Shown one piece after another: positions 13,891-26,210 of a DNA stretch of 64,000 bases. Source of the DNA: Cirrosporium novae-zelandiae. Taxonomy: Eukaryota. The translations under genes and the position numbers were made by a program. How positions within the stretch are numbered: the first letter of the stretch is position 1; each line of letters begins with the position of its first letter. Location of the stretch: positions 1 to 64,000 of the forward strand of contig JAPETS010000034.1 of the NCBI GenBank assembly GCA_026023565.1, in the 5' to 3' direction. The notes beneath the pieces are model-generated. The model was given only the letters and a program-made list of their open reading frames with translations. It searched no databases and had not been told where the DNA came from.

Positions 13891-14621
13891 TACTATTTGT
13901 TGTTGTTTGTGGGTTTGTGGTTGGTGGTAGCTGAACTGTGAGTCGTTCTTGCTTGGTTTTTATGTTTGCTCTCTCTCTCTCTCTGAGGAGGAGAGGGCAT
14001 AAAGGGAAGAAAGAAACAAAAAGAGCTAACCAAACTGTGTGAGAGTGGGAATAGGGAGCTTGTTGTTGATGGGATGAATGAATGAATGAATGGATGAAAA
14101 AACGAATTGTTTAATAGAGATGTTAATGGGGGGTGTGGTAAACAATGATGACTTAGAGGATGGAGAAGAATATCACACTTGAATGGTGATGATAACGACA
14201 AGGGGGGAGAGAAAACGTCACAAGTAGTAGAGGTGAGTTAAAAGGGGGGAGGTAAAAGACCAGGTTTGTTATGTTATTGTGCTTTATTTGAGTATTTAGA
14301 TGAGGAGTTGAGGTGCATGGTATTAGAAAATTTCGGCTTCATTCATTCTATTCACTCTCTATTTACTAATGTGGGGGATGGGATATAGGATCTGCTATGT
14401 TTACCTGATATCAGAAACTCCAATTGCCGGGCTGTTGTTCTTCTAGCTGGCAGGCAACTTTCCCTGGCATGCTACAACAACATTCTTGCTCAAGCCAGCC
14501 TCATCTTACCCTGAAGATCTCCAAATGTACAGTGGAGGTGAATTCTATATATATATATATCAGAATTCAACTCCATCGCGGTTGAAAGTAACCATTCTGT
14601 CAAAGTGGACTCCCTGTTTCC

Positions 14622-16235
14622 TCACACACGTCTCATAACTCTCTTCCAAAGCTCCTCCTTCAGCGCTTTCTGGGAATCCTTCGTCCGTCCTACCGCGTCA
14701 CGGTTCTCCTCTGCTCTTCGTAGTAGATACTTCATGCATTCACTCACGGTGCCCCAGACGAGGTATTTATAAGCTCTGGGCACCTCCTCCAGCATGCCCT
14801 TCTCCTGCGACACTATCCGACCCGCTTTCAGAATCTCCCCGCTAACTTCGTCTGCCATTCCCATTAGCTGGCCGTAAACCATGTAAATCTTCTGTTCTCC
14901 TTTCTGTGTCTGCTCCTTCCTGATGTCCATGGCTTTCTTTACGCTCAACATGTTGTGGCTTGCGAGCGCTAGATTCACATCGGGGAAATCATGCGCCGCT
15001 TCGCCATCCAGGGCTTCTAGTATTCCGCCATACCTCCTCCGTATCAACTGCTCAGAAATACTGTCAAATGCTTTGTCGGTGTCTTCCTTGGTATCCCAAA
15101 TCAAATTCCGGGGGTCGCTCGCTAGATACGCACCCCGGACAAGCTTAACTCCCAACGTATATCCCCCGACCCTCGCGGCGGCAAGATGCTTCGCCACGGT
15201 TTTGGGTGTGCTTTTGAGGTACGCCTGATAAGTCCCGTAAACACAGGCGTATCCCTTCACCTTGCCATTATACCTCTTCATAAACTCCAAAGTCCACTTA
15301 TCAATACCCTCTTGCACAGTAGTCTGCTCAGCATCAAATAATAAGCAAACACCCTTCTGAAACGCAGCCTCACAGATCTCTACAATCGCCTTTTCAGCCT
15401 CCTTACTTGGCCCCTCCTTCCTCGCCAATGCGCCAATCACACCCATTCCCGCGCCCGAGAACTTTAAAGCCACCATATCACCCTTCTCGGTCACCGCAAT
15501 CGAATCCAGATTCCCCTGCGCCCACCCCCTCAGGATCGTAATATCTCTCTCCTTCTCTTCCTTCGTCATTTCACTCTTGCGACTCGCACCATCGGCATCT
15601 TTTCCTTTCAACACAACTTCCCTCGCAAATGACATCATGACGCCTCGGAATCCACGGTCTTTTAGATCCCGTACCGTCTTTCGGACCTCTTGCGGAGTTT
15701 CGCCAGCACAGAACTGGGCATAGAATGTATTTTTGAGGAGGTAACGCAGGAGGGGGTTTTTGTCTGGGGAGAGCAGCGGCGATTTGGCGTTGGCGAGGAG
15801 AGAGAAGATGGCGAGAGAGGTCCGGAGGAGAAGAGGCCGGGATGTGCATGTTGTTATTAGAAGTGAGAGGAGGAGCATGGGTGTTGAGAGGAAGGAGAGA
15901 GGTGTCCCTGGTGTGTGGATGACAGGGACTATAGATGATGGTGTAGCAGTTGTGGTTGGAGTGAGGGTGTGTATTGAGAGAGAGGCTTTAGAGGAGGTGG
16001 AGGGGGATGTTCGAATTGGTGGGGGTGTGGAGGCGTATGTTCTTTTTACTGTGGTTGTTGTCATGGATGTTATTGTGTAAAAAGACGGCGTAAATGTCCT
16101 TGTCGTGCGTGTAGACATGAGTATTGATCTATGAGATGAGATTTGTGGGTATCGTAATTGCAGTTGTGAGCTGCCACAGCAGGAGGAAACCCCGTAGGGT
16201 CCCTTTATCATTCTCATTCCTCTTGTCGTCATCAT
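14622..16235 (-). CDS. PUT1: Mitochondrial proline dehydrogenase (proline oxidase)
   Basis: Motifs YAQFCAGE, LFDAEQ, YGTYQAYLK, GVKLVRGAY, LASHN, GQLMGMAD, KYLLRRAEEN; Thr/Arg-rich N-terminus consistent with a presequence. Start ATG uncertain (16235 or a downstream ATG). Confidence 0.92.
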   Translation of the reverse strand: MMTTRGMRMIKGPYGVSSCCGSSQLQLRYPQISSHRSILMSTRTTRTFTPSFYTITSMTTTTVKRTYASTPPPIRTSPSTSSKASLSIHTLTPTTTATPSSIVPVIHTPGTPLSFLSTPMLLLSLLITTCTSRPLLLRTSLAIFSLLANAKSPLLSPDKNPLLRYLLKNTFYAQFCAGETPQEVRKTVRDLKDRGFRGVMMSFAREVVLKGKDADGASRKSEMTKEEKERDITILRGWAQGNLDSIAVTEKGDMVALKFSGAGMGVIGALARKEGPSKEAEKAIVEICEAAFQKGVCLLFDAEQTTVQEGIDKWTLEFMKRYNGKVKGYACVYGTYQAYLKSTPKTVAKHLAAARVGGYTLGVKLVRGAYLASDPRNLIWDTKEDTDKAFDSISEQLIRRRYGGILEALDGEAAHDFPDVNLALASHNMLSVKKAMDIRKEQTQKGEQKIYMVYGQLMGMADEVSGEILKAGRIVSQEKGMLEEVPRAYKYLVWGTVSECMKYLLRRAEENRDAVGRTKDSQKALKEELWKRVMRRV

Positions 16236-18730
16236 TTCAATCTGATCCGATTTGATCCAATAGCCAGCCGTATTAGCAGATGAGGTCAGAGAAGAGAAGA
16301 GTAGAGCAGAGCAGAGCAGCAAAGTATCTATCAATATCTAGTTTAACCAAAATACAAACTCTCGAAACCAAAAACAAAACAAAAGAGAAGAAACAGAAAG
16401 AAAAAAACATGCTTTAATAAAACATTCCCAAATCCAACCCAACACACAGCCCGTACCTTTTTCCCAATAATCTAAACTCAACCTTCCTATTCCTAATCCA
16501 CTAAAAAGGTTTACTAACAAAGTATTCACCTCCTCATACATGTCATAGCTAGAACTTTCCTATATCAATCAATAAGGCATAAATGTACCACCACAGGACG
16601 TGGTGTCACATATCACGCATCTATCCTTATCAGCAGATCTAGATTCTTCCCTTTTTGTTCCTTTGTCTGACCGCATAGATCTAGAAAATTATGGGGAGGG
16701 AGGGTCCCCGTTGATAACCGAGGAGGGGTAAAAAATAAACCTGGATATTTTAGGCAGGCTTCACCGACCGACCGATCGACCCGCTGACTGACCAACGTGA
16801 ACCAGCAAAAAGATTTTTAATTCAAAGATATGTTTGTTTTACTTGCTAGAGTTATTTCAATATGTTTTATTGTGCTATGTATGTATCATATAGATTGTGA
16901 GTTTTGTTTTTATAGTTGTTGCTATTGAGATGGAGATTAGATGTAGGAAGTTAATCATTAGACTGCATAAGTATAGAACTATAGATATAACTTGTATGTT
17001 GTTCAAATGCTTGATATCTCAGGGGGAGAAAGGCAAAATAGAGTTTAGAAATATCTATCCCATAACCATAACCCCCATTTTTTTCATTCAGAATGCCATC
17101 TATTCCTTAATCTGTTCATCCCTTCATCTCCTTTAACCACCTCCCTTGACTAACAGGCTCGTTGTTGGACGAAGATACTTCATCATGATCAGTACTTGTA
17201 GTGTTATTTCCGAAATATTGCCCAGGGTTACATTTTTCCTCTTTTGTTGCCTTTTGCTTTTAAGTTCTAGCTTAGAGATTCGTTGAAATTGTTAGTCGGG
17301 GTCTTTCGGAATTTCTATCAGCATCGTGAATCTGTCTTGGATATTGTATAAGGTCCCTATAGGGCAAAGGCGATGGAAAGGGAGGAGGCAAGTCGGGATC
17401 TAAGGCATCATCGCCCCTTGGTACTTGTTTTGGAGATGGGGCCCTATTCTCAGATTCTTGATTTGAAGATACGGCTAGAAAAGATGTTTGGCGTGAAGAT
17501 GGGATTTGTGGTGCTATCAGGCTCAAGTTGCTGTTTCTTCGAAGAACTTTCCTGTTGCAGAGATAAATAACTAGCTGCGTTTTATTAGTGCTGAGGAGGG
17601 TTCGTGTTGCTTTAAAATGCTAGCATGCTCTTTGGGAATGTTAGTAGGACCCCTCCTCCTAAAGCATAGATAATAGTGAACTTCCTTAAACAGATAGTCG
17701 GCGTTTAGAGAGAGATATCGCCCTGCATTATTAAATGTGTCGTAAGCCCATTTACTTCAATCTTATATCAATTTATTTTTTTTGCATCAGCTTATAACTT
17801 TGGTGCGGATATGGTGACATTCAACAGCTGGAATATATTTGAAGAATGTAGAGGAAGAAAGAGACAAGCGGTGTTCTAGATTCTGTTTGGGGGAGTCTTT
17901 GGGTTTTCTGATGTCCATATGCTTGCCCTGTTACACCAGAGATGTCTCGCTACCTAGATAGAGAGACAATCCAGGACTCTGGGGTTGAATGGCGTGCAAA
18001 ACAAATAAATATCCAACCTCTTCAGCATCGAGACCATCGGGATGATCGGGACCTTGTAGTAAAACAGGAGTACAAATACGAGCTCAACCAGGATTAAGCT
18101 ATTTGTTTAGGTAATAGCAGCTTTATGAAATCATATAGTAGGTAAATTAAGAGATGTGTGTCAGGTAAGGCATTAATTCCCGAGCTAAGTAGGAGTAAAA
18201 GCTGATGTAATACTTGTTTATACCTAGAGGTACAGCATACCCGAAGAGAATGAGGTTGTATTAGCTCTATGCTGTGTAATGCGGAGAGACAAAACATATT
18301 ATCTAGTCTTCCGAATGTTAGAGACTGTGGTTTGCTAGGGTTGCTTCAAATTGCTACTCCATTTTCTGTCGAACTTGGTGGAAAAGCCGACGTTGTAACT
18401 ACGACCGAGTTTCCTGAACTGCTAATATTTGGTCGTGTAAGATCTATTGTTTGAACTGGAATTACTGATATATCAGCAGAAATAGCCGTTGTCTGTAAAT
18501 TAATAAAAGATATCACAGAACTAAAAAAATATGCCCCCGAAGCCGAAGAAGCCAGAGCCGAAGCCAGAGTTAATACTGAACCAGCCGCAAATGAGGAAAT
18601 CAGGATCCCCTTGGAGGCTCTAGCAGGAGAGGCTTTGGTAGAACATGGCACCTTGATCCCGATTCACGCTGACCATTCGACCACTACTTTCAATAAAAAA
18701 TGATTTGAATTATCTATAATTTTATTTTTA

Positions 18731-18782
18731 CCTGAAGGTCTCCCTAAAATCTAATTTTGTTCGAAGGCCTTTCCAAGGTCAC
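18731..18782. mobile_element. Partial (right-arm) remnant of the MITE-like family also at 20387-20595 and 50929-51117
   Basis: cctgaaggtctccct..ctaattttgttcgaaggcctttccaaggtcac resembles tttgaaagtctccct..ctgattttgtttgaaaggcctctccaagatcac near 51000-51091. Confidence 0.5.
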
Positions 18783-20386
18783 ATACCAAGTATTATTTTT
18801 TCTACTTTTATTTTATCTGTTCAGCTATGCTCAAGTGCCACATGGTCATTATTGATTATCCAGCCTTTTTTTAGCAATACCCAGCGTTCATCTTATCAGC
18901 ATTTCATTGTTATCATCACAGACAGCCAGACTTGATTTTTATAGCGATTATTTTCAGATAGCAGTTCTTCTTTGTACTATATATACTCGACACCCCTTCA
19001 AAACTAATTATATATTCGTACACCAACTCTAAATGGAACGCCTACCGGGTCCTTCAAGGCTACTCTCCCTCGGTCAGTTACATATAATTTACTAACGCAA
19101 ATACTGACTTATTTTGATACTGAGTACTGTGTCTCATCGTCCAGTTTTTGCTGCTGACTTCATTTATTGCTTGTTATAGATGGCGGTGGTGTCCGTGGTC
19201 TCTCGTCCGTCATGATCCTTAAACATCTTATGGATGGACTCAATCACAAGCGTGGCTCTCAGGAAAAGCTTGAACCGTGGCAAGTGTTTGATATGATAGG
19301 AGGTACTAGCACTGGTGGGTAGGTATTACCTTGCGTTCCACGCTCTAAGTCCCATGCTACTTAAAATGGGTTGCTCAGCCTTATGTTGATATTTTTCCTG
19401 ATGTTCCCGCCAGACTTATAGCAATTATGCTTGGTCGCCTTCGAATCAAAGTTGACGATTGCGAAACCATTTATCTTGAATTCTCTGAAAGGATATTTAC
19501 TCCCATAAAACATCGTTTAAATCCTTTTCGAGCAGTTGATTTCGCTAAGGCAAAGGCGGTATTCGATGCATCAATACTAGAAAATGTCATTAAAAATGCA
19601 TTGAGGAGCATACTCTTACTAAGGACCCGGAAATGCTATTAAAAGACGAAGAATCAAATACATACTGCAAAGTGTAAGAGCCACCCAGCACTTAGTACAG
19701 TTGGCCTACTGACAAGGAGTTGCTTTAGGTTTGTTGCTACTACTCATGAAGAGAATGCGGATGCTACTCTCTTTCGATCCTATAAAAATCCGAAAGTGCA
19801 CGATCCTTTCTATGAGATATGTAGAGTTTGGGAGGCTTGCCGTGCCACTTCAACTGCTCCTACATTTTTTGACCCTATCAAAATTGGATCGTACCAACAA
19901 CGCTTCATCGACGGGGGAGTTCGGTATAATAATCCTGTGAACTTGGTTAAATGAGAAGCAGAACATATGTGGCCAGGCAAGGAGCCTCTATTGATTAGCA
20001 TTGGAACGGGACTTGCTCCAGGCAAATCATTCCATGGAAATATCAAAAAGGTTGTGGAAGCCATGAAGGGAACTGTCACTCAAACAGAGCAGACAAACAA
20101 CGAATTCCGTGGAACTTATAAGAAAATGGCCGAGGACCGGCTCTTATTTCGCTTTAATGTCAATGTCGGCATGGCTAGTGTTGGGTTGAAAGAGCACAAA
20201 TACCGGGATCTTATAGCCACCTCAACGCAGACCTACCTGAACCAAGAAGAAGTGTCGGAAAAACGAACATTATGTGTTAATAAGCTTCTTGAGGTTACAT
20301 CTGCATCAGGGAGTGAGGTGAATGAGCCAAGTACGTAATTCCAAAGTATCCATGAAATTTTATTTTATATGTTTGAATACTTTAAG

Positions 20387-20595
20387 TGGGTAGGAACGAG
20401 AGCGACCAACCCCAAAAAAGGATCTTGGGGAAGTCTTCAAATAAAATCAGTTTTTTTAAAAAAAAAAAAAAGTCGAGTTGAATTATAATCCTATTCAATT
20501 GCCTGAAGGCCTCCCCGGAATATATTTAAAAAACTTATTTCGCTTGAAGACCTCCCCAGTATCCTTCTTGGCTTGACTGCTTTCATTCCTACCCC
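20387..20595. mobile_element. MITE-like foldback element inside an NLR intron (intron 20331-20644)
   Basis: ~75-bp imperfect terminal inverted repeats: gggtaggaacgagagcgaccaa..aaggatcttggggaagtcttcaa..tttaaa versus tttaaa..ttgaagacctccccagtatcctt..gctttcattcctacccc; no coding capacity. Confidence 0.75.
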
Positions 20596-21236
20596 GTAGG
20601 TTAGTACATTGAAATTGACTAACAAGTGTTCTCGTGACGAGCAGTTTCGAAATCAAAAGCCGTATCAACTGTTCCGTTTCAGCAAGACCGATATTTTATT
20701 GGGCGAGAGGATATCTTGCATGAGCTTCGCACGATCCTCGATGTGCAAAATAATCATGTTCGCGCTGCACTGGTCGGCCTGGGTGGCATCAGGTAACTTC
20801 AAACTGCAAACAACTGTTTGAGACGATAAGTACTAATACCTTCTCTAGCAAGTCCCAGATTGCTATCGAGTATTCTTACAAAGTAAGAGAGAAATTTCCG
20901 GAAACCCAGGTCTTCTGGATATATGCTAGTAATGCTGCCCGGTTCAAAAACTCCTACCGCAATATTGCTACTACGGTCAAAATTCTAGGCCAGGATGATA
21001 AAAGTCTAGCGTCTTGCAGCTTGTATGCAATTGGCTCAGCAACGACGAAAATGGCCCCTGGCTCATGATATTGGATAACGCTGATGACTGTACTGTCTTT
21101 GATTCTCGAGACAATACTAATCAATCATTGATAAGATATATTCCTGAAAAGCCCCACGGGAAAATACTGGTCACCTCACGAGATCGGGGCACAGCGATTC
21201 AACTTTTGGGAAGAAGTACCAATATTATCGACGTTT

Positions 21237-21489
21237 TGTTAGGGCATGCCAAGTATCACGTCTATGCGCTTATGAAGCGCTCGCTTGGCGCCTGAGTAAT
21301 CCTATAAAGAAGAACGCTACCCCACGTATTATGGGGGCAGCGTTCAACTTTTGCATCTACCTCAGAGGGCACTCCTAAAGCTATCATCATTTTGGCGTCT
21401 CGAATGCGAACCCTATAGTATTCTAGTTAGTTGTCCACTACCTAGATGGTTATCCTATCACACAGCCTGAATTAGGCGCTGCCCTTACA
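21237..21489. mobile_element. Solo LTR (253 bp) of an LTR retrotransposon
   Basis: Ends TGTTAGGGCA...TGCCCTTACA (TG..CA, 9/10 inverted); flanked by direct repeat CGTTT (21232-21236, 21490-21494); removing it restores the NB-ARC frame IIDV-SHMSNEDS. Confidence 0.92.
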
Positions 21490-23842
21490 CGTTTCTCATA
21501 TGAGTAATGAAGATTCTCTGAGTCTCATGAAGACTAGACTGTCGGATGATAAATACATCGAAACAGATGCATTGAAGCTTTTAAAGGAGTTAAGATACCT
21601 ACCTCTAGCGATAACCCATGCTAGTTCATATATCGACGTCAATAAGCACACTATGACTATATCCAAATATATTAGCTACCTTAAAAATGAAGCCAATCAG
21701 AAGCATCTTTTAACAAAGGAGCAAAGAGACTTGAGACGAGATAACGCCACGCCCAATGCCATTATTACAACGCTATCGATATCTTTCAAACAGATCCGTG
21801 ACCAGAATCCCAGAGCGGCCGAGGTGCTTTCTCTTATGAGTATTTTTGATCGACAAGGCATTCCGGAATTTCTTGTTCGAGATGACTAGGATGACCAAGA
21901 TGACCTCGAATTTGACGAAGCGATATCGATGTTGACCAACTTCTCACTCATTTACAAAGAATTAAGCGGTCAATCGTTCACAATGCATCGGCTGGTGCAA
22001 ATTGCGACTCGAAACTGGCTAGACGCAGAGAAAGAGCTCGAAACATGGAAAAGCAAGGCTGTTCGACGAATGGCACAAATATTTCCTTGGGAGCGTTGCG
22101 ATAACTGGAAGATATGTGACGCGTTATTTCCACACATGGATGCATTGCTAGATATGAAGTTTTCGGAAGAAGAAGATCTATTGAATGAAGCTACATGTTT
22201 ATATCGCACTGCGCGTTATCTGGATGGGAAAGGAAAGTATGATTTGGCTTTCCAAAAGATTCAGCGCGCAATAGGAATTAGACGCAAATTTTATAAAGAA
22301 GACGATAAAAACATGTTGGATTGTATCTCGCTCCAAAGCGTCATCCTAAGAGCCCAGGGTCAATACAAAGAGGCAGAGAAGGCAAGCCATCAAGCACTAG
22401 CCGGTTATCAGGAAATTCTACCTGAGGATCATCTAGAAATATTAAATGAGTCGTGTCAATTAGCAGAAATCCAAACGAAACTGGGCAATTACGAAGAAGC
22501 CGAACAAGGATTCCAGCAAGCACTAGCCAAGCAAAGGGAGATACTAGAGCCAGATAATGAGGACCTATTAATCAATATAAATAATCTGGCGTTACTGTAC
22601 GTGGACGTGGCCAAATATAAGGAAGCGGAAACTTTATATCAAGAGCAGCTAATTTTATACGAAAAGAAATTTGGACTGGAGCATCCGGAGACATTGACAT
22701 GTATTCACAACCTAGCCATGGTAATGTCTTATCAAAATAAATACGGGGAAGCCGTGACTATAACAAAATATGTGCTACATAAAAGGAAGAGAATGTTAGG
22801 GCCAGATCACCCAGACACATTGATCAGTGTCGGCCATTTAGCTATTTATTTGAGGAAACAAAATAAATATAAAGAAGCAGAAGAGCTGGATCGCCGAGCG
22901 CTTGCTGGATATGAAAAAACGCTGGGGTTAGAACACCCGGGTACATTAATCAGTGTCAATAACTTGGCCTTCGACCTAGCATACCAAAAGAACTGCGATG
23001 AAGCGATCCCGCTGTATGAAAGGGCCTTGGTGGCGCGCCGGAAAATACACGGGTCCAAGCATCCCGAGACAAAAATTGTGTTAGATAATTACTTAGACTT
23101 GCGAGAAGAGATGGAGGATGATGGGATCGAGCCGCCAGAGACTGATCTCCTGTCTCCGTTAGCTTCTTCAGAAGACGAAAGGGACTTGGCAGAGATAGGC
23201 ACCGGCGGCCGGGCTTCGGGTGCTGGGGAAGAAGGAGAAGAAGAAGAAAAAGAGGAAGAGGAAGAGGAAGAGGATGAGGTACGGACCAAAGAATCAGACT
23301 TGAAGAAAGCGTCCGATGCAGTCATCTCCCGATTTTTATCTTCTGAAGACGATGATGCATGGTCAATAAATGAGCTACTGGGAGACGAACCATCCGAAAC
23401 AGAGGGAAAAGCTACAGAATGAAGCAATGCACACGCCCATTAATATATATATCCCTTGGAGGCCCACACCATCGAACTACAAAATTACCACTTCCTCTTC
23501 GACCTTTATACGAGTTTAAAGAAAGTGGTTAACTGCAAAGGAAGAAAGAAAGAAACATACATTATACGGGTACAGTATGGTATTTGTATATAGTACATGT
23601 ACATTATTAGAGAACTAAGGATGTCTGAATCATATGGCAGAGACAAAAGTCGGTGGGGGAGTAATAGTTGGAAGGACCTTCATTAATTATTTCGAAGGGT
23701 CATGTTTACTCGTACATGTGTAGATATTAAGATATCAGTTAGATGTTGCTACGTTTAACATCAAGACATCTGAACGTTAACTATAAACTTTCTGCCGCCT
23801 TGATCCCTCTTCCTTCTAGCTAGATATTCCTTCTAGCTCTTC

Positions 23843-24532
23843 TCACCTTTTCGTCCCAATAGGCATCATCGCCGCGGCTACATTCCCAACCCCTCGTTCT
23901 GTGGCCAACAAATTGAACATTGCGGCCGCATTTCTCGTATCTGCCACTTCGACTCTTATTCCCATTTCCACTAATTCCTGTCTCAAGTGTGGTGTTAGAA
24001 ACGCTGTCGAGGGTCCGAGCCCTAGAATAAGAAGATCTGGTTTGGGATGAAGCTTTTGGAGGAGTGAAAAAACCCCCGAAGAGGAGGAGGAGGAAGATTT
24101 GGGAGGACCCCATAAACCATCATTATTCAGTTTTCCATTTCGATCAGGAGGCAGAGTGAGCCATGGTCTCCACCTAAACGCTTCTCCGTCAACAAGTAGA
24201 ATACCATCGCCACCTGTTATCTTCATTCCATTGGAAAGGTGGAAGCCATCATGCAAACAAGCGTCAATAGACGTAGCGGGAGCAGGAGTTTGGCTCAAGA
24301 CATCCATAGCTGTGAAGTCTGTTTGCGTCTCCTCTTCAGAGCGTGGAAGCTCGGATGCAGAAGATGGACGATGGCGCCTCGCGGGTGGTTGCTGTTTAGA
24401 AAGTGGAGATCTTATAGCGATAGAACGACATTGTGGGATTGAGTACTTGAGGAATGTTGTTGTGTGAGAAAGAGGAATAGAGCTGCGGAGAATACGGAGA
24501 AGAGGCGATGGCATGACTGTTGCAGGAGACAT
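23843..24532 (-). CDS. NDUFAF3/Mth938-like complex I assembly factor family protein
   Basis: PKPDLLILGLG, GIRVEVADTRNAAAMFNLLATERG..VAAAMMP motifs; N-terminal mitochondrial-type presequence. Confidence 0.88.
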   Translation of the reverse strand: MSPATVMPSPLLRILRSSIPLSHTTTFLKYSIPQCRSIAIRSPLSKQQPPARRHRPSSASELPRSEEETQTDFTAMDVLSQTPAPATSIDACLHDGFHLSNGMKITGGDGILLVDGEAFRWRPWLTLPPDRNGKLNNDGLWGPPKSSSSSSSGVFSLLQKLHPKPDLLILGLGPSTAFLTPHLRQELVEMGIRVEVADTRNAAAMFNLLATERGVGNVAAAMMPIGTKR

Positions 24533-26210
24533 TATTGAAGACTTGCTTTCAGAAAAAGTACTTTCATCCGTTTTGGGAGACCTAGCTCTAGATTGAAAGG
24601 AGAGGATATCTACCAGGTATACTGTAAGAAATAGTAAGTTGAAGATTTATTGGCTGCTAATATTTGAAGCGGCTCGCGCAATTCAAGAGCTTCGAAATAA
24701 TTCAAATTTACGTCAATTCGGCCGAGAAAGTTCAACGAATCAAATTAATTGGAAAATAATACATTTATCACGCACACACGTTGGCCTCTGCTTCTAGCAG
24801 TCGCAGAATACCAAAGGTTATTGAAATTTATTAAGCCTATTATTTACTAACATATTATTTCCATAAGATTCGGATATAAATGTCTCCCCCGCCGCCCCGG
24901 AAAAGATTTGACGGTGAGAGACGAATTCATCATGATACTTAAATATCACTCTACACATCTCCTGATGTTCTAAAGTCTAAGTCGGGATGAACATCCGAAA
25001 CGAGCGAAGAGATACTGATAGATATCGACTTGATTCCATATCAGTCAATCAGTCAAATCAGTCCATCAATCAATCCATTGTGAACAGCTATCAAAAGTTG
25101 TCGTGGTCGTAGGTTGTCACCTTTCTACCTACCTAGAAAGGGCACTAGCAGGAGAGAATGAGAAAGAGCACACATCAAAGAATTCAAACTATACAGCTAC
25201 AACAGATATCATCAGACCATCCACCCCCATGTAACAAAATATACTAATGTAATCTACACATCAAACCATCACCCACCACAAGACATATAAGGAAATACGT
25301 CTGACTGCGTCCTTTGAAATTGCCTCAACCGACAAGCGCGTTTTTGCCTCCACTATCTTCCATCGCATTCCATGCCAACATATTTAAAAATGAACGAGTC
25401 GACGGGCCCTGAGCTAATGTATATCTAGTATAGAAAAAGAAATATATCAGAGATGCGTACGCAGCTGCTCTGGTTTCAAGCTTGATAACAACAAGAAACA
25501 CACCGGACGTTAGCAAACCTAGATGTTATTAGATTATTCCTTATGGTTCGGAAAATATCTGCAATAGAAAATGATTACCAGGGAAGTTGCCCACTAGATA
25601 TGTAGCTTCATCTAGATGACTTATTCCTCGGTCGTCGTGGGGTATACCCAGAACCGTAGATGGGAGATTTGCTCGAAGAGTTCTTATTTTTAAGGAGTTT
25701 GACCACTTAGTCGACCATAGCTCGAAATGGCCCACTCTTGATATTCACTTTACTGTGGTGGTAATATTTACATGTAAGAAGGGTTTTTTTTTACTATTTA
25801 TTTAACAAGGGAAGGGAAATCCGAAGGGAAAAATTCTTAGATAGAATATTGTTTTTAATTGTCTTTGAGGTAGGTAGTGATGCTGAATACGAGCAAGCTA
25901 CCTTGCAATGTGTCTATCTATGAAAAAAAAAGGGTTATACCTCTGAAGGAATGTAATGAGTAGGTAGGTCAATGAAGAAACTTCAAAAAAAAAAACTCCG
26001 ATATACAACAAAATCGAGTGCATATGCAAGCCTAAACACCCATGTACAGTATATAAATCCCTCCGAGACTCCTTGCTGTCGTAGCCTGCCATGTATCATC
26101 CAGAATCATATGTACTCATTGTGGCGCACAGCGCTCCTTGATTTTTTTATCATCCTTAAGTATGTACCAAGAATCGGATATGTATTGTGAAAATCCCACG
26201 AATTCAGGGC

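Larger units (their letters stand above)
19033..23422 (+). pseudogene. Disrupted fungal NLR gene: patatin-like phospholipase - NB-ARC - TPR
   Basis: Spliced translation gives DGGGVRG, GTSTG, DGG (patatin); FIGREDIL, GLGGISKS (Walker A, G>S), WLMILDNADD (Walker B), ILVTSRD, LPLAI, MHRLVQ (NB-ARC); ~42-aa TPRs (LGPDHPDTL, LGLEHPGTL). Lesions: frameshift at A5 19592-19596, TGA 19952, frameshift ~21000, solo LTR 21237-21489, TAG 21887. Confidence 0.9.

Noticed and set aside
24931..25020. Possible C/D snoRNA or hammerhead (CTGA motifs, small hairpin before GAAAC)
   Set aside because: Box C is poor, the rRNA-complementary 10-mer is not adjacent to a D box, and the catalytic core spacing is wrong.
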